From a virus, in IMG/VR virus record IMGVR_UViG_3300031576_000010, positions 35,909 to 99,908 of that record: 64,000 bases of DNA; one strand, written 5' to 3'. Each line of letters starts with the position of its first letter. Position 1 is the stretch's first letter. The translations under genes and the position numbers were made by a program. This document shows positions 1-9,274 of the stretch, in pieces. The notes under the pieces are model-generated. The model ran no database searches. It was not told where the DNA came from and saw nothing but the letters and a program-made list of their open reading frames with translations.

Positions 1-791
1 CCATACGGGATCGGGAAGTGGTTGTCGTCTCCGTCGTAGGGATTCGACCCGGCCCCGTTAGGCGCGATCGTACCGCCGCTACGACGGTACTCTAACGCGG
101 GCATGTCCACGAACAGCTCAGGTCCGCCGGGACCGACCGTATTCTTGTTGAACCAACCAACAGGTCCGCCGGTGGCGGCAAGGCTCGTACTCACGAGCGT
201 CGTGGCTGAGGCCGCTTCGACGTAGTAGACGGCCGGATCGGCGTCCACCGAGTTGAAACTGCCAGCAGCCAGCGGCTCAAAGACGATGGCGGTCGGGTTT
301 GCGCCGGTCCCGTTCGTTACGCAGAAGAACCAGAACGCGAACGGCGCCGCGTTGTCCGCTCCGATGTGGATCCTGTAGGACGCGGCTGCCGCGAACAGCG
401 TGGTGCCGACCGTGGTGGTGCCGAAGAGATTCTCGTCGTCGGTGGCGGTCGGCTTGTCGTCCGCGTCGCCGGCCGTCAGCGTGAACCCGTCCTCGGCCGA
501 CATCGTGATCCACCAGAACGCCTCGCCCGAGCTGCCGCGCTGGCAGCAGAACTCACGCCGCGGCACGGCTGAGGGCGGCTGCCGGATGCAGAACCAGGCG
601 CGCGAGTTGTTCATGCCGCCCGCCCCAGCGCCGGCAGTCGTGATCCCGTCGGACGCTGCGAAGAACGTGGTGCCGTCGCCTGACGATCGCACCACCCAGC
701 CGGCCGACTTCAGCAGTTCCTTGAGCAAGAAGACGGCCTCGGCGCCGCCGTTTGCACCACCCGCGTTGTTCACGTCAAATTGGTACGCCAT
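1..791 (-). CDS. Putative virion/tail-associated protein, 3'-truncated by the window edge (MAYQFDVNNAGGANGGAEAVFLLKELLKSAGW...)
   Basis: ATG at 791 just after the stop of 796..1719; frame read manually and open to position 1; not in the ORF track. Confidence 0.7.
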   Translation of the reverse strand, partial: MAYQFDVNNAGGANGGAEAVFLLKELLKSAGWVVRSSGDGTTFFAASDGITTAGAGAGGMNNSRAWFCIRQPPSAVPRREFCCQRGSSGEAFWWITMSAEDGFTLTAGDADDKPTATDDENLFGTTTVGTTLFAAAASYRIHIGADNAAPFAFWFFCVTNGTGANPTAIVFEPLAAGSFNSVDADPAVYYVEAASATTLVSTSLAATGGPVGWFNKNTVGPGGPELFVDMPALEYRRSGGTIAPNGAGSNPYDGDDNHFPIPY

Positions 792-795
792 TGTT

Positions 796-1719
796 TCACC
801 TCGTGAAGCCGGGCCGACCAGCCCGGAGGTTTCGGAGGACCGGGTCGTTCGTGATGGCGATTGAGACGGCACCACTCAATGGCGCCAGCACGGTGAAGCG
901 GGCGGCGTCATCGTAGGTGAACGCGTTGGTGAAGACGGGCAAGATGGCCGAGCATATCGCCATCTTGATCGCGACCGTCTCGACCCGAGCGCCTGGTGGC
1001 GTCGTGCCGAGAACCCGATCGCTCGTGATCGGATTGGCGTCTAGCATCGGCTCGGCGCCGAACACCACCATCGTGTGGACGAAGAAGTCGTCGAAGTCGG
1101 TGGCGATCGCGTAGGCGGCCGTGAGGTTTCCGACCGTGATGCGCGCGCTCGCGGCGGTCGTGGGAAACCCGCTGCGCCGCAACACCTCGGTCGTGCCGGC
1201 CAGCAGGTAGACGGTTGAACCGGCCCGGATGATTCGCAGGCTCCCGGACAGATCGGAAGTAGACAGGAAGGCCGACTCGATCGTCACGCCCGCCACCACT
1301 ACCGTGACCTCGTAGCGGTTGCCGAACGACCCACCCGTCTTGCGCGCGATCTGCGCGTAGTTGTTGGCGTCGATGAAGAGGCGGACGGCCGCCATCTCGA
1401 TCGGGCTGGCGGCCGGCAAGGCCGCCACATCGGTCTGGACGTCGAACTCGACCTCGATGTCGGTGTCGAGCAAGGTGGCGACCGAGTCGATGCGCGCGTA
1501 GCTGCCCGCTACCGCGCCTGTCGACAGATGGAGGCGACCGCCCGATTGTGTGGCGGCCGAGCCCGCCCCATTGGTCGAGGCGGTCCACTTGGCCGGGTTG
1601 ATCGAACCGGCCGCAAAGTCGTCGTCGCAAGCGATGTCGAGCAGGTTGTTGGGGCTCGCGATCTCGACAGACGTGCCGCCCGTCACTGGTCCGGCTGTCG
1701 GCGTGATGAAGTCGGTCAT
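796..1719 (-). CDS. Virion structural protein with IPT/TIG-like termini and an inserted beta-rich domain
   Basis: N-terminal ITPTAGPVTGGTSVEI and C-terminal TPPG...AFTY are typical IPT/TIG segments; lies downstream of baseplate J. Confidence 0.55.
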   Translation of the reverse strand: MTDFITPTAGPVTGGTSVEIASPNNLLDIACDDDFAAGSINPAKWTASTNGAGSAATQSGGRLHLSTGAVAGSYARIDSVATLLDTDIEVEFDVQTDVAALPAASPIEMAAVRLFIDANNYAQIARKTGGSFGNRYEVTVVVAGVTIESAFLSTSDLSGSLRIIRAGSTVYLLAGTTEVLRRSGFPTTAASARITVGNLTAAYAIATDFDDFFVHTMVVFGAEPMLDANPITSDRVLGTTPPGARVETVAIKMAICSAILPVFTNAFTYDDAARFTVLAPLSGAVSIAITNDPVLRNLRAGRPGFTR

Positions 1720-1720
1720 G

Positions 1721-1918
1721 CTACTTCTCGAACTCGATGCCGATTGTTCGGCGGTTCCCAGCGGTTTCGTGTGCGGTCCACGTGAACCGTGCCCCTTCCA
1801 CGATCAGACCCCGCTGGTCGGTTGGGACGTACTCGTACCACAGCACTGCCCGGTCGGTCGTTCCATCCTGTGTCGTGACGTCCGCGACGAAGACGCGCGC
1901 GAGGCATCGCACCACCAC
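1721..1918 (-). CDS. Small hypothetical protein (start uncertain)
   Basis: Most protein-like of three overlapping frames; its stop abuts the next start. Confidence 0.35.
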   Translation of the reverse strand: MVVRCLARVFVADVTTQDGTTDRAVLWYEYVPTDQRGLIVEGARFTWTAHETAGNRRTIGIEFEK

Positions 1919-2004
1919 ACCACGCAGTCGTCTGATGGGATCGGTAACTCCGTCCCCGCCGCATTGTCCTCACCCCTTCTTCTTTTTTGAAGATTTGCAT
2001 CCAC

Positions 2005-3426
2005 CTACACCACCGTGAGCGTCACGTTCGTGCTGGAGATCCTTCCGTACGATGCCTTGTCGATCGGGATGTCGGCGGGCGCGGCGCCCGACCCGATGAT
2101 CCGGAACACCGTGAACACCAGGTTGTCGACCCCCGCGATCTTCCGGACCTCCGCGTTCACGTCCGACTGCTCGTCGTCGTCACCAAGCCCCTGCCCGTTG
2201 ATGAACGCGACGATCGATGAGACGGCCGCCGCCACCCCGTTGACCGAGTTGGTGCCGGCCAGGAACGAGATGTTGCCGGCGATCTCGACGTCGATCTCGG
2301 TCCCCTCCTTGAACAGGAGGTCGCGACCGAACACGAACCGGTCCGGGTTGACGAACTCGTCCTGTAGGGTCTGGGGGAGCGTGTTGTAGTTGTAGGTCAC
2401 GTTGATGCTGGCGCCGATCGTGGGCGCCGCACCCCCCGCGATGAACACGACCGCGTCCTGCGCGCGGATCGAACCAGCGTTCGGACCCGTGTCCTTCAGC
2501 AAGACGTAGTCGACCCCCTGGATGAACGCGGGGCCGCCCGCGTCGACCGACGCGACCGACGAGACGGGTTGGCGGTCCAGCACAACCATCTGGCCGACCC
2601 CCAGGAAGGTGTGCGACTCGGTCGTCGACACGAGCGACTGGCCGATCAAGTACGCGTCCACCGCGCCCGCGTTGGTGGTGGCGCGCGTGAGGAGCGGGTC
2701 CTGCCCGAACACCATCCCGACCCCCTCGACCGATGTGAACAGGTCGTCGACGTCGCGGCTCAGGCCGAACGGGGTCGAAATGTCGGTGCCGGCGATCGCG
2801 ACGAACAGGCGCTCGGCGAACCGCTCGTTCGACTCGCGGTCCGCCCCGTTGATCGTCCGGACCCGGTTGGTCACCTGGTCGAAGCCGGGCAGGCTGGTCT
2901 GCATTTGGGTGATGCGACCTGGCCCCACGTTCCCCGCCTCCCCCACCGCAATCGCCTCGATCGCAACCTCCAGCTCGTAGAAGTTGGTCGCGGCATTGAA
3001 GTAGAGGGCGGCGGTGGCGGACGGGAGCGTTTGGGTCTCGGTCGTCCGAAACGTGATGGCGCGCCCGAGCGTCGCGTCCACGTTGGTGGCGAGCGGGAAG
3101 TTGATCGGGACGGTGAGGTCGGAGCCGGGCGCGATCCTCGCCTGGAAGATGACGGACCCGGCCGCCCGGGTGCCAGACGACCGGAGCAACTGCTCGTTGA
3201 ACGCGTACTCGTCCAGCTCCTGCTCGGTGAAATCGCCGACGTTCAGGAGCGACATGATCAGGCTGAGGCGCCGGATCCTGTCGTTCTGCGGCTCCATGGT
3301 GGTGGAGACGGGCGCGATCGTGTCGTGGATGGGGCCGACATCGACGTCCAGGCTGGGGTTCCGGTCGAGCACCGCCGTCTTGATCTGCTCCTCGAATTCA
3401 GCGGCCGTGATCTTTGCGATCGCCAT
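2005..3426 (-). CDS. Baseplate J-like wedge protein
   Basis: AIAVGEAGNVGPGRI and VTN...NGADRESNERFAER motifs; context. Confidence 0.9.
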   Translation of the reverse strand: MAIAKITAAEFEEQIKTAVLDRNPSLDVDVGPIHDTIAPVSTTMEPQNDRIRRLSLIMSLLNVGDFTEQELDEYAFNEQLLRSSGTRAAGSVIFQARIAPGSDLTVPINFPLATNVDATLGRAITFRTTETQTLPSATAALYFNAATNFYELEVAIEAIAVGEAGNVGPGRITQMQTSLPGFDQVTNRVRTINGADRESNERFAERLFVAIAGTDISTPFGLSRDVDDLFTSVEGVGMVFGQDPLLTRATTNAGAVDAYLIGQSLVSTTESHTFLGVGQMVVLDRQPVSSVASVDAGGPAFIQGVDYVLLKDTGPNAGSIRAQDAVVFIAGGAAPTIGASINVTYNYNTLPQTLQDEFVNPDRFVFGRDLLFKEGTEIDVEIAGNISFLAGTNSVNGVAAAVSSIVAFINGQGLGDDDEQSDVNAEVRKIAGVDNLVFTVFRIIGSGAAPADIPIDKASYGRISSTNVTLTVV

Positions 3427-3429
3427 TCC

Positions 3430-3855
3430 CTACTCTCCAGTGACCGGCGAGATGGAACCGCCGCGCGCGATCTCCTCGCCCGCCTTCGTCGTGATGGCGG
3501 CCCGGAAGATGACGGTGGTGGGGTCGGAGTCGTCGATGCGCGCCTGGTTGAACGCGAGCCTCGCGACCGTCTCGTTCTTCGCGAGGACGGCGCGAATGCG
3601 ACGCTGGATACCGATCCAGCGGTCTACCGCGGCCGAAATCCGCTCCATCACGGAGAACGCGACCATCTCGGGCGAGTCGGGCACCGATCCAACCAGGCTG
3701 ACGATCGACGCGCCGAACCCGTTCGCTTGCGTCTCGATCGACAGCAGCTCGCTGAAGTCCTGCCGGGTCTTCGCTAACCCGGAGATCGTCAGGGGGCGAC
3801 CGGTCGCATCATCGACCACCCAGTCGCCGTTCTTGATGAAGAGTGAAAGGGCCAT
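3430..3855 (-). CDS. Baseplate wedge/sheath initiator (gp25-like)
   Basis: 141 aa; NGDWVVD...GRPLTISG..K..QD...FGAS pattern; directly upstream of baseplate J. Confidence 0.7.
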   Translation of the reverse strand: MALSLFIKNGDWVVDDATGRPLTISGLAKTRQDFSELLSIETQANGFGASIVSLVGSVPDSPEMVAFSVMERISAAVDRWIGIQRRIRAVLAKNETVARLAFNQARIDDSDPTTVIFRAAITTKAGEEIARGGSISPVTGE

Positions 3856-3864
3856 TCGTTCGCC

Positions 3865-4338
3865 TCACGCGGCTGGGGTGACCAGCTCCACGATGATGAT
3901 CTCGATGAGGGCGCAGACGTCGTCCAGCAGGGTTGTCAGGCTGTTGAGCCGGTCGATCTCCGTGTTGATGTCGTCGATGATGCCGGTGTATTCGCGGGCC
4001 CGGTAGAGCAGGTTGTCGAGCGTGGCCTTGAGCGACTCGATGATCTCCTGGGGGGCCGACAGGAAATCGCCGAACTGCGCGCACGTGTTCACCAGCCTGG
4101 CGACACCGGTCGGGTAGAACGAGAGGCCCTCGGTGATTGGTGCGAGCGCGCTCTCGTAGAGCGTCTGGACCGTCTCCAGCTTGATGGTTTGGAGCTGGAC
4201 CTGGGTCCGGTTGACCAGCAATTTGGTCACGCGGAAGTCGGCAACCGCTTTCTGGGCGGTCGCGGCATCACAGACGGCCCGGAGGGTCGCGACCGACAGG
4301 GTCCGCAAGATGGTGGCGACGCAGGGTTCCAGGGCCAT
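3865..4338 (-). CDS. Hypothetical helical baseplate-region protein
   Basis: AGGAG RBS and putative late promoter upstream. Confidence 0.7.
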   Translation of the reverse strand: MALEPCVATILRTLSVATLRAVCDAATAQKAVADFRVTKLLVNRTQVQLQTIKLETVQTLYESALAPITEGLSFYPTGVARLVNTCAQFGDFLSAPQEIIESLKATLDNLLYRAREYTGIIDDINTEIDRLNSLTTLLDDVCALIEIIIVELVTPAA

Positions 4339-4346
4339 CGGGCTCC

Positions 4347-4380
4347 TACGATACCGCCCAACCGAGCGGAACTTTAGAAG
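4347..4380 (-). promoter_or_regulatory. Putative late promoter (CTTCTAAAGTTCCG-N13-TATCGT)
   Basis: One of four copies with identical spacing, each upstream of a structural gene. Confidence 0.7.
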
Positions 4381-4386
4381 TCCAGG

Positions 4387-4854
4387 TCACAGGAGGGTCG
4401 CGACCGTTGGGCCCGGGAACGTGACCGTAACCGTGAGGGTCCAGGCGTGGATCGCGGCCGCCACGTTGGCCGCCACCTCCGCGGATGTCGCGGCCGCCAC
4501 GCCCGTCGCAAACACGGCGGCCAGCAGGCTGGAGAGGCCGGGGGGCGCGAGCGTCACGACCCCCGCGCCGAACAGGACCGGCGGCACCATCCAGAACGCC
4601 TGGAACGCCAGCTCCATGGCGGACAGGGTAGTGGTACCCAGAGACGCCACCCCTCCTGCGAATGCGGCGGCCAGCGCGCCAGCCAGCACCCCCTCCTCCA
4701 GGCCGGTGAACGCGGGAATGACCCCGTTGGCCGTCGCGACCGCCGCGTAATCGGCGTACCCGCTTGCCCACGAGGCTGCCGCGTCGGCCATGTCGCTGGA
4801 GCCCGCGAACACGCCCAGCAGCCCAGACGTCAACGTGGTGGGGTCGAGGGGCAC
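4387..4854 (-). CDS. Ala-rich protein following the spike (possible spike-tip/baseplate protein)
   Basis: Tightly packed after the spike gene. Confidence 0.6.
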   Translation of the reverse strand: MPLDPTTLTSGLLGVFAGSSDMADAAASWASGYADYAAVATANGVIPAFTGLEEGVLAGALAAAFAGGVASLGTTTLSAMELAFQAFWMVPPVLFGAGVVTLAPPGLSSLLAAVFATGVAAATSAEVAANVAAAIHAWTLTVTVTFPGPTVATLL

Positions 4855-4855
4855 G

Positions 4856-6007
4856 CTAGGGGGTCCCGGGCGACGCGAGCTTCTGGGTGAACGACACGTC
4901 CGACAGGATCGCGTTGGACGTCAGGTACGTGGCCTTGAGGGCCGACAGGGTCGCGAGGGTCGCGGGGTTGAACGAGGCCGGCCCCATGGCGGTCGCGATG
5001 ACCGCGCTGTTGAGCGCATCCATGAGGGCCTGTAGGAACTGGTTGAGCTGGACGCCCAACGGCACGTTCTCGATGGCGCCAGGACCCCCCAGCTTGATGG
5101 TGGTGGAAGGCTGGAGCACGAAATCGCGGAACTGCGCGAGGAACGGGCTCGACAGCCCCGTCAGCTTGACGCCCAGCACGGTCGCGAGGGCCGACAGGGT
5201 GGCCTCCACGTTGCCGAGCGCGTCCACCTCCAGCTCGAACGCGACGGTCGCGCCAGCCGCATCGTAGACGCGTACGTGGGCGCGGAGCGGCCCCCCTCCC
5301 GATCCAACCGTTGGGGCGAACGGGGTCATGTCGTCCACCACATCCCCGAACTTCGCGTCCACCACCGGGAGGGCGACGGGTCCGGCGTCGTGGGCCAGGT
5401 AGGTGCGGTGCTCTCGCAACGCCCCGCCCGACAGAGCCGACTCTTCCGTGTCGGTCGGGAGGAGTTGGCGGCGCACCTCCCCGAACCGCACCTCCGACCC
5501 GAACGCCGTGACCTTGTGGAGCGAGCCGTCCAGGATGCTTTCGAGCCGGTCACGCGACAGCGTGAGGGCGACAGGTCCGCCGGCAAGCCGTAGGGTGCCA
5601 TCCGCCCCGCCCCAGATGGTCGCGCGGCCGGCCGACCGCAGCTCGTACTCGCCCGGCTTCAGCTCCCGGATGAGGAACTGGTCGGCCGCGTCCTCGTCGG
5701 CGAGCTGGCCGTAGTTGATCGCCTCGAAGTTGACGATGTGCATCGCGCCATCCATCCCCTGGACGAGCGTGACGGTGTCGCCAACCTGCGGCATGAACCG
5801 GAACCAGCTCGACCGGCCCAGCGCGAACGAGAACTGGATCATCGGCAGCTTGACGTCGTCACGGACGCTGCCGCCCTGACGGATCCGAACCTTCAGGATA
5901 CCGTTCCGCGCGTCGACCGCCGTGATGACGCCGTCGACAGCATCGCCCGGGATCTCATCACGAGACCCGTGGAAGGGATCCTCGTCACCAGGGATCGGTT
6001 CCCTCAT
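4856..6007 (-). CDS. Baseplate central spike (gpV/Gp138-like)
   Basis: N-terminal OB-fold GVITAVD...MPQVGDTV; beta-rich middle; TIKLG...VPLG..L C-terminus. Confidence 0.75.
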   Translation of the reverse strand: MREPIPGDEDPFHGSRDEIPGDAVDGVITAVDARNGILKVRIRQGGSVRDDVKLPMIQFSFALGRSSWFRFMPQVGDTVTLVQGMDGAMHIVNFEAINYGQLADEDAADQFLIRELKPGEYELRSAGRATIWGGADGTLRLAGGPVALTLSRDRLESILDGSLHKVTAFGSEVRFGEVRRQLLPTDTEESALSGGALREHRTYLAHDAGPVALPVVDAKFGDVVDDMTPFAPTVGSGGGPLRAHVRVYDAAGATVAFELEVDALGNVEATLSALATVLGVKLTGLSSPFLAQFRDFVLQPSTTIKLGGPGAIENVPLGVQLNQFLQALMDALNSAVIATAMGPASFNPATLATLSALKATYLTSNAILSDVSFTQKLASPGTP

Positions 6008-8556
6008 ATCGTGACATCTCCTTCCTCGATCTCGCGCAAGTCTAGATCCTCGATCGGCACCATGACGGCGCCCTGCTGGATGGTCGCCTCCCTGGTGTGC
6101 CGCTCTTCTTCATTCAGATCCGGTGTTGTGGTGTCGGGCTGGGCGCCGAACAACACCCGGTAATTAAGTGGACGGCTCGAATGTCCGGAAAGCGGCGTGT
6201 ATATCATCTTCGACGTTTTCGAGTTGCTGTCGAACGACATCATGCCGGTCCAGCCGCGGAGATACCGGAGCCCGACGGACGTCCGCCACCCTCCATTCCA
6301 CGCGAGCGAATGGGATACGTCCGCGGACGTCCCAATGTGGTTCCGCAGCTTCCACAGATATGGACGGTTCAGCCCGCAGGCAAACCGAGGAACGATCGGC
6401 AGCCCAACCGAATGGGCATCCGCGTTGACCCGGTTGAGCATGATGTTGGCATAGATGCGAGCCGCCTCTTCGGTGCGGATCCGTCCCTTCGCGTTGCCCC
6501 GCTCCTGTCTGGTCCCGTAGACCGGGAAGAGGGCGGGCAGTTTGACAACGACGTCCGACAGGTTCGCCATGATCTCGTTGCTCGTCTGGGTGTGGCGCGA
6601 TGGGGCCACCGGAACTGCCGCGATCGTCCTGACGGCCGCGTCCGAGAAGGTCGACGACGTGGCAAACTGGTCGTCCAGTTCGACGATGTAGTTGCGCTCG
6701 AACACGCCGAAGTCGTCTGGATCGAAGTCGTACAACGGGAACTCGACGATCAGGTCCCCCTTCGGGGTCGCGTAGAATACGAACTCGATGCGGGCGAGTG
6801 CTTCGTAGAGGAGCTGTAGGAAGTTCTGCGATTCCGACTTCATGTTGTACGACTGGACCAGCTCCAACCCGACCACGTCGTTGCCGATCGACTCGGCGCC
6901 GGACGGCAGCAGCATGAACACGCGGCCTCCGTCGACCGGGAAGTTGACCGGGTCCTCGCCGATCAACGTGATGAGATCCTCGGTGGTCGCTTCCGAGACG
7001 CTCTTGCCCAACCGCTCGCCAGTCCTGAGCCGGTAGTCAGCCTCGTCGGTGTCCTTGTTGATCAATGTGTGGATGTCGCTAAGCTGCACGGGCCACGAAG
7101 TGATCCCCTCCCACTGTTGTAGCGAGACCGGCACGAGACCGTCGGGCAGCGTGTCGCCCCCGTTGATCGACAAGCCGAACACATGGGCACCGACGTACGG
7201 AGACTCCAGTGCGAGCCGGGCATCGCTGACCCGGTTCTGTGCAACCTGCATGACCGATCGATTCTGTTGTCCCGAAACAACCGTGTCTTGGCCGGTCGCC
7301 TCGGCGGGTGGGACTTGAATGGTCGCACGAAGCGTCTGGATCTCCTCCTCGACCCTCGCGCGCAACTCCACCCGGTCCGTATCCTTGGCCGGCTTGAACG
7401 ACCCGATCCCCGAGATACCGAACCGACGCTGGACCCGATCGCCAAACCGGTTGACGAAATCGATGGCGAACGCTTCCTTTTGCAGCTCGCCGAGACGGGT
7501 GCGATCCTCACCGCGTCGCTTGATGTAGCTGTCGAGGTCGCGGCGTTGCGCGTCCGTCAAGGTCTCGCGGATCTCCTCGATCGAGGAGGTCGGTGAATAC
7601 CTGGTCGTGTCGATCTGCCCGATGAAACCAGCCTCGATGGCACGCTTCTGCGCGTCCGCCTCGGTGATGTTGGGCGGGGCGATCAAGAGGGTCTCGAAGA
7701 TGGGTTCCCGCTGGGTCCCGAATACGATGAAGTCGATGATCTCCGTAAGCGTCTTGTTGGCAAGCGGGTTGGAGAACGCGCTGTACTGCGCCTGGTCCGC
7801 CAACGTCCTGGTGTTGGAGTCGATGAGACCGGGGTTCGAGTAGACGCGGGCGTACCGGAACAGCTTGGTTGGGTCCTCGGACGAGATGTTCAGGACCTTC
7901 TGGTTGTTGACCGAGCAGTCGTCGGTGATGTCGGTCAGGAGACCCGAAAATCCGTAGTACCAGATGGTCGGGTTGAACGGGTCCCGGAGGAAGATGCGGA
8001 GCGGGTCGTTCGGGTGGAAGATGGGCACGCCGTCTGCGTATGGGTAGCGCGACCGCCTGATTCGCCCGATCGTGTTGCCCTTCGCATCGATGTTGTCGAC
8101 CGTGATCTTCGTGTGGGCTTGCTTGAGGAAGAAGATTTTGCTCTTGACCGACGCGGAATTGGACAGCCGGTAATCCGCCGTGGTCGTGTCGCTCGCCGCG
8201 TACTGGTCGGACCGCTGACACGCCAGGTCTGCCACCTCCTCGCCGATTTGCGTGACGCCGATGTCCCGACTCCTGACCTGCACGCGCTTCGGGTCGATGC
8301 CGGTCAGGAAGAACATGTCCTCGGTGGTCAGGAGGTACTTGTCCCTCTCGTTGATCAGGGTGATCGAACAGGTGTTCGGCTGGTTGCCGACGTGGTTCTT
8401 GATGTTGACGGCGGTGACGTCGTTGGTGACGTCGAAGCCGTATAGAAAAACACGGTAGGCCGGGAACGCATGCCGCACCTTCGGGAGAGGCCCCGTCGGA
8501 GGCGAAGAACCGAACATGAACGTGAGGGCACGGTCGACCGCTCGATTGTCAGCCAT
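6004..8556 (-). CDS. Baseplate hub protein (gp27/GpD-like)
   Basis: YRVFLYGFDVT N-terminus; FYATPKGDLIV; C-terminal V.HS...W.T.V.L.Y.R; position. Confidence 0.7.
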   Translation of the reverse strand: MADNRAVDRALTFMFGSSPPTGPLPKVRHAFPAYRVFLYGFDVTNDVTAVNIKNHVGNQPNTCSITLINERDKYLLTTEDMFFLTGIDPKRVQVRSRDIGVTQIGEEVADLACQRSDQYAASDTTTADYRLSNSASVKSKIFFLKQAHTKITVDNIDAKGNTIGRIRRSRYPYADGVPIFHPNDPLRIFLRDPFNPTIWYYGFSGLLTDITDDCSVNNQKVLNISSEDPTKLFRYARVYSNPGLIDSNTRTLADQAQYSAFSNPLANKTLTEIIDFIVFGTQREPIFETLLIAPPNITEADAQKRAIEAGFIGQIDTTRYSPTSSIEEIRETLTDAQRRDLDSYIKRRGEDRTRLGELQKEAFAIDFVNRFGDRVQRRFGISGIGSFKPAKDTDRVELRARVEEEIQTLRATIQVPPAEATGQDTVVSGQQNRSVMQVAQNRVSDARLALESPYVGAHVFGLSINGGDTLPDGLVPVSLQQWEGITSWPVQLSDIHTLINKDTDEADYRLRTGERLGKSVSEATTEDLITLIGEDPVNFPVDGGRVFMLLPSGAESIGNDVVGLELVQSYNMKSESQNFLQLLYEALARIEFVFYATPKGDLIVEFPLYDFDPDDFGVFERNYIVELDDQFATSSTFSDAAVRTIAAVPVAPSRHTQTSNEIMANLSDVVVKLPALFPVYGTRQERGNAKGRIRTEEAARIYANIMLNRVNADAHSVGLPIVPRFACGLNRPYLWKLRNHIGTSADVSHSLAWNGGWRTSVGLRYLRGWTGMMSFDSNSKTSKMIYTPLSGHSSRPLNYRVLFGAQPDTTTPDLNEEERHTREATIQQGAVMVPIEDLDLREIEEGDVTI

Positions 8557-8557
8557 A

Positions 8558-9274
8558 TCACTCGCCTCCCACGACCTCTGGGCTCGAAAAGACAGAGTCG
8601 GCCAGGTCGAGGGCGCCCTGAACTCGCTGGAGCGATGACTCGCTGAAGATGTAGTCGGACACGAAACGAACGAGGTCGTCGAGCGGCGGGTCAGTCGACT
8701 GCACGGTGAACTGGACGCTCCACTGCCGCTGGAACGGTTCCTGCGCCGACTCGCTGAACTGGAGCACGTTCATGAAGAACCCGCGAAACTTGACCTGCTT
8801 GGGAAACAGGGCGGACGCGTACGTCATCGTGACCATGTTGGGGACGCCCGCCTCCAGGTCGACGATCGGGTCGAGCGTGAGCTTGTAGAACCGGAGCCAC
8901 GCGAGAAGATGGTCCTTCGCGCCAGTCCGATCGAACGTCAGGTCGGCGCCCAGGATGCGACCGATCTGCCGCTGGAACGCGCGCGGGTCGATGTTGCCGG
9001 TCGTCCCAGATAGCGAGAGGGTCAGGATGTCGTTGTTCTGGCCCCTCGCGTTCGAGAAGTGGAAGTAGATCGTTCCCCCAACAACATCCTGCTTCTGGAT
9101 CCTCTTGGTCTGGGCGAACTGGACCTGCTGCGGGTTGATGAGCATGCAGAGGGGTGCGACGCCGTTGCGCGCGTTCATGTCGGACTGCCAGATGATCGGC
9201 ACCCGCGTGGTGTTGTCCGGCCCGGCCGTCAGCGTGCTTCGCAGAATCGACCCGATGTCTGCCAGGAGTGCCAT
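8558..9274 (-). CDS. Tail tube initiator-like protein
   Basis: MLINPQQV...LSLSGTTG...F.GFF...F.ESA..PF..W...F pattern; between tape measure and hub. Confidence 0.7.
   Translation of the reverse strand: MALLADIGSILRSTLTAGPDNTTRVPIIWQSDMNARNGVAPLCMLINPQQVQFAQTKRIQKQDVVGGTIYFHFSNARGQNNDILTLSLSGTTGNIDPRAFQRQIGRILGADLTFDRTGAKDHLLAWLRFYKLTLDPIVDLEAGVPNMVTMTYASALFPKQVKFRGFFMNVLQFSESAQEPFQRQWSVQFTVQSTDPPLDDLVRFVSDYIFSESSLQRVQGALDLADSVFSSPEVVGGE

Noticed and set aside
1716-2004. A6G slippery run as a frameshift joining the small ORFs after baseplate J
   Set aside because: The protein-like frame has a TGA just downstream of the run, so slippage there cannot reach it
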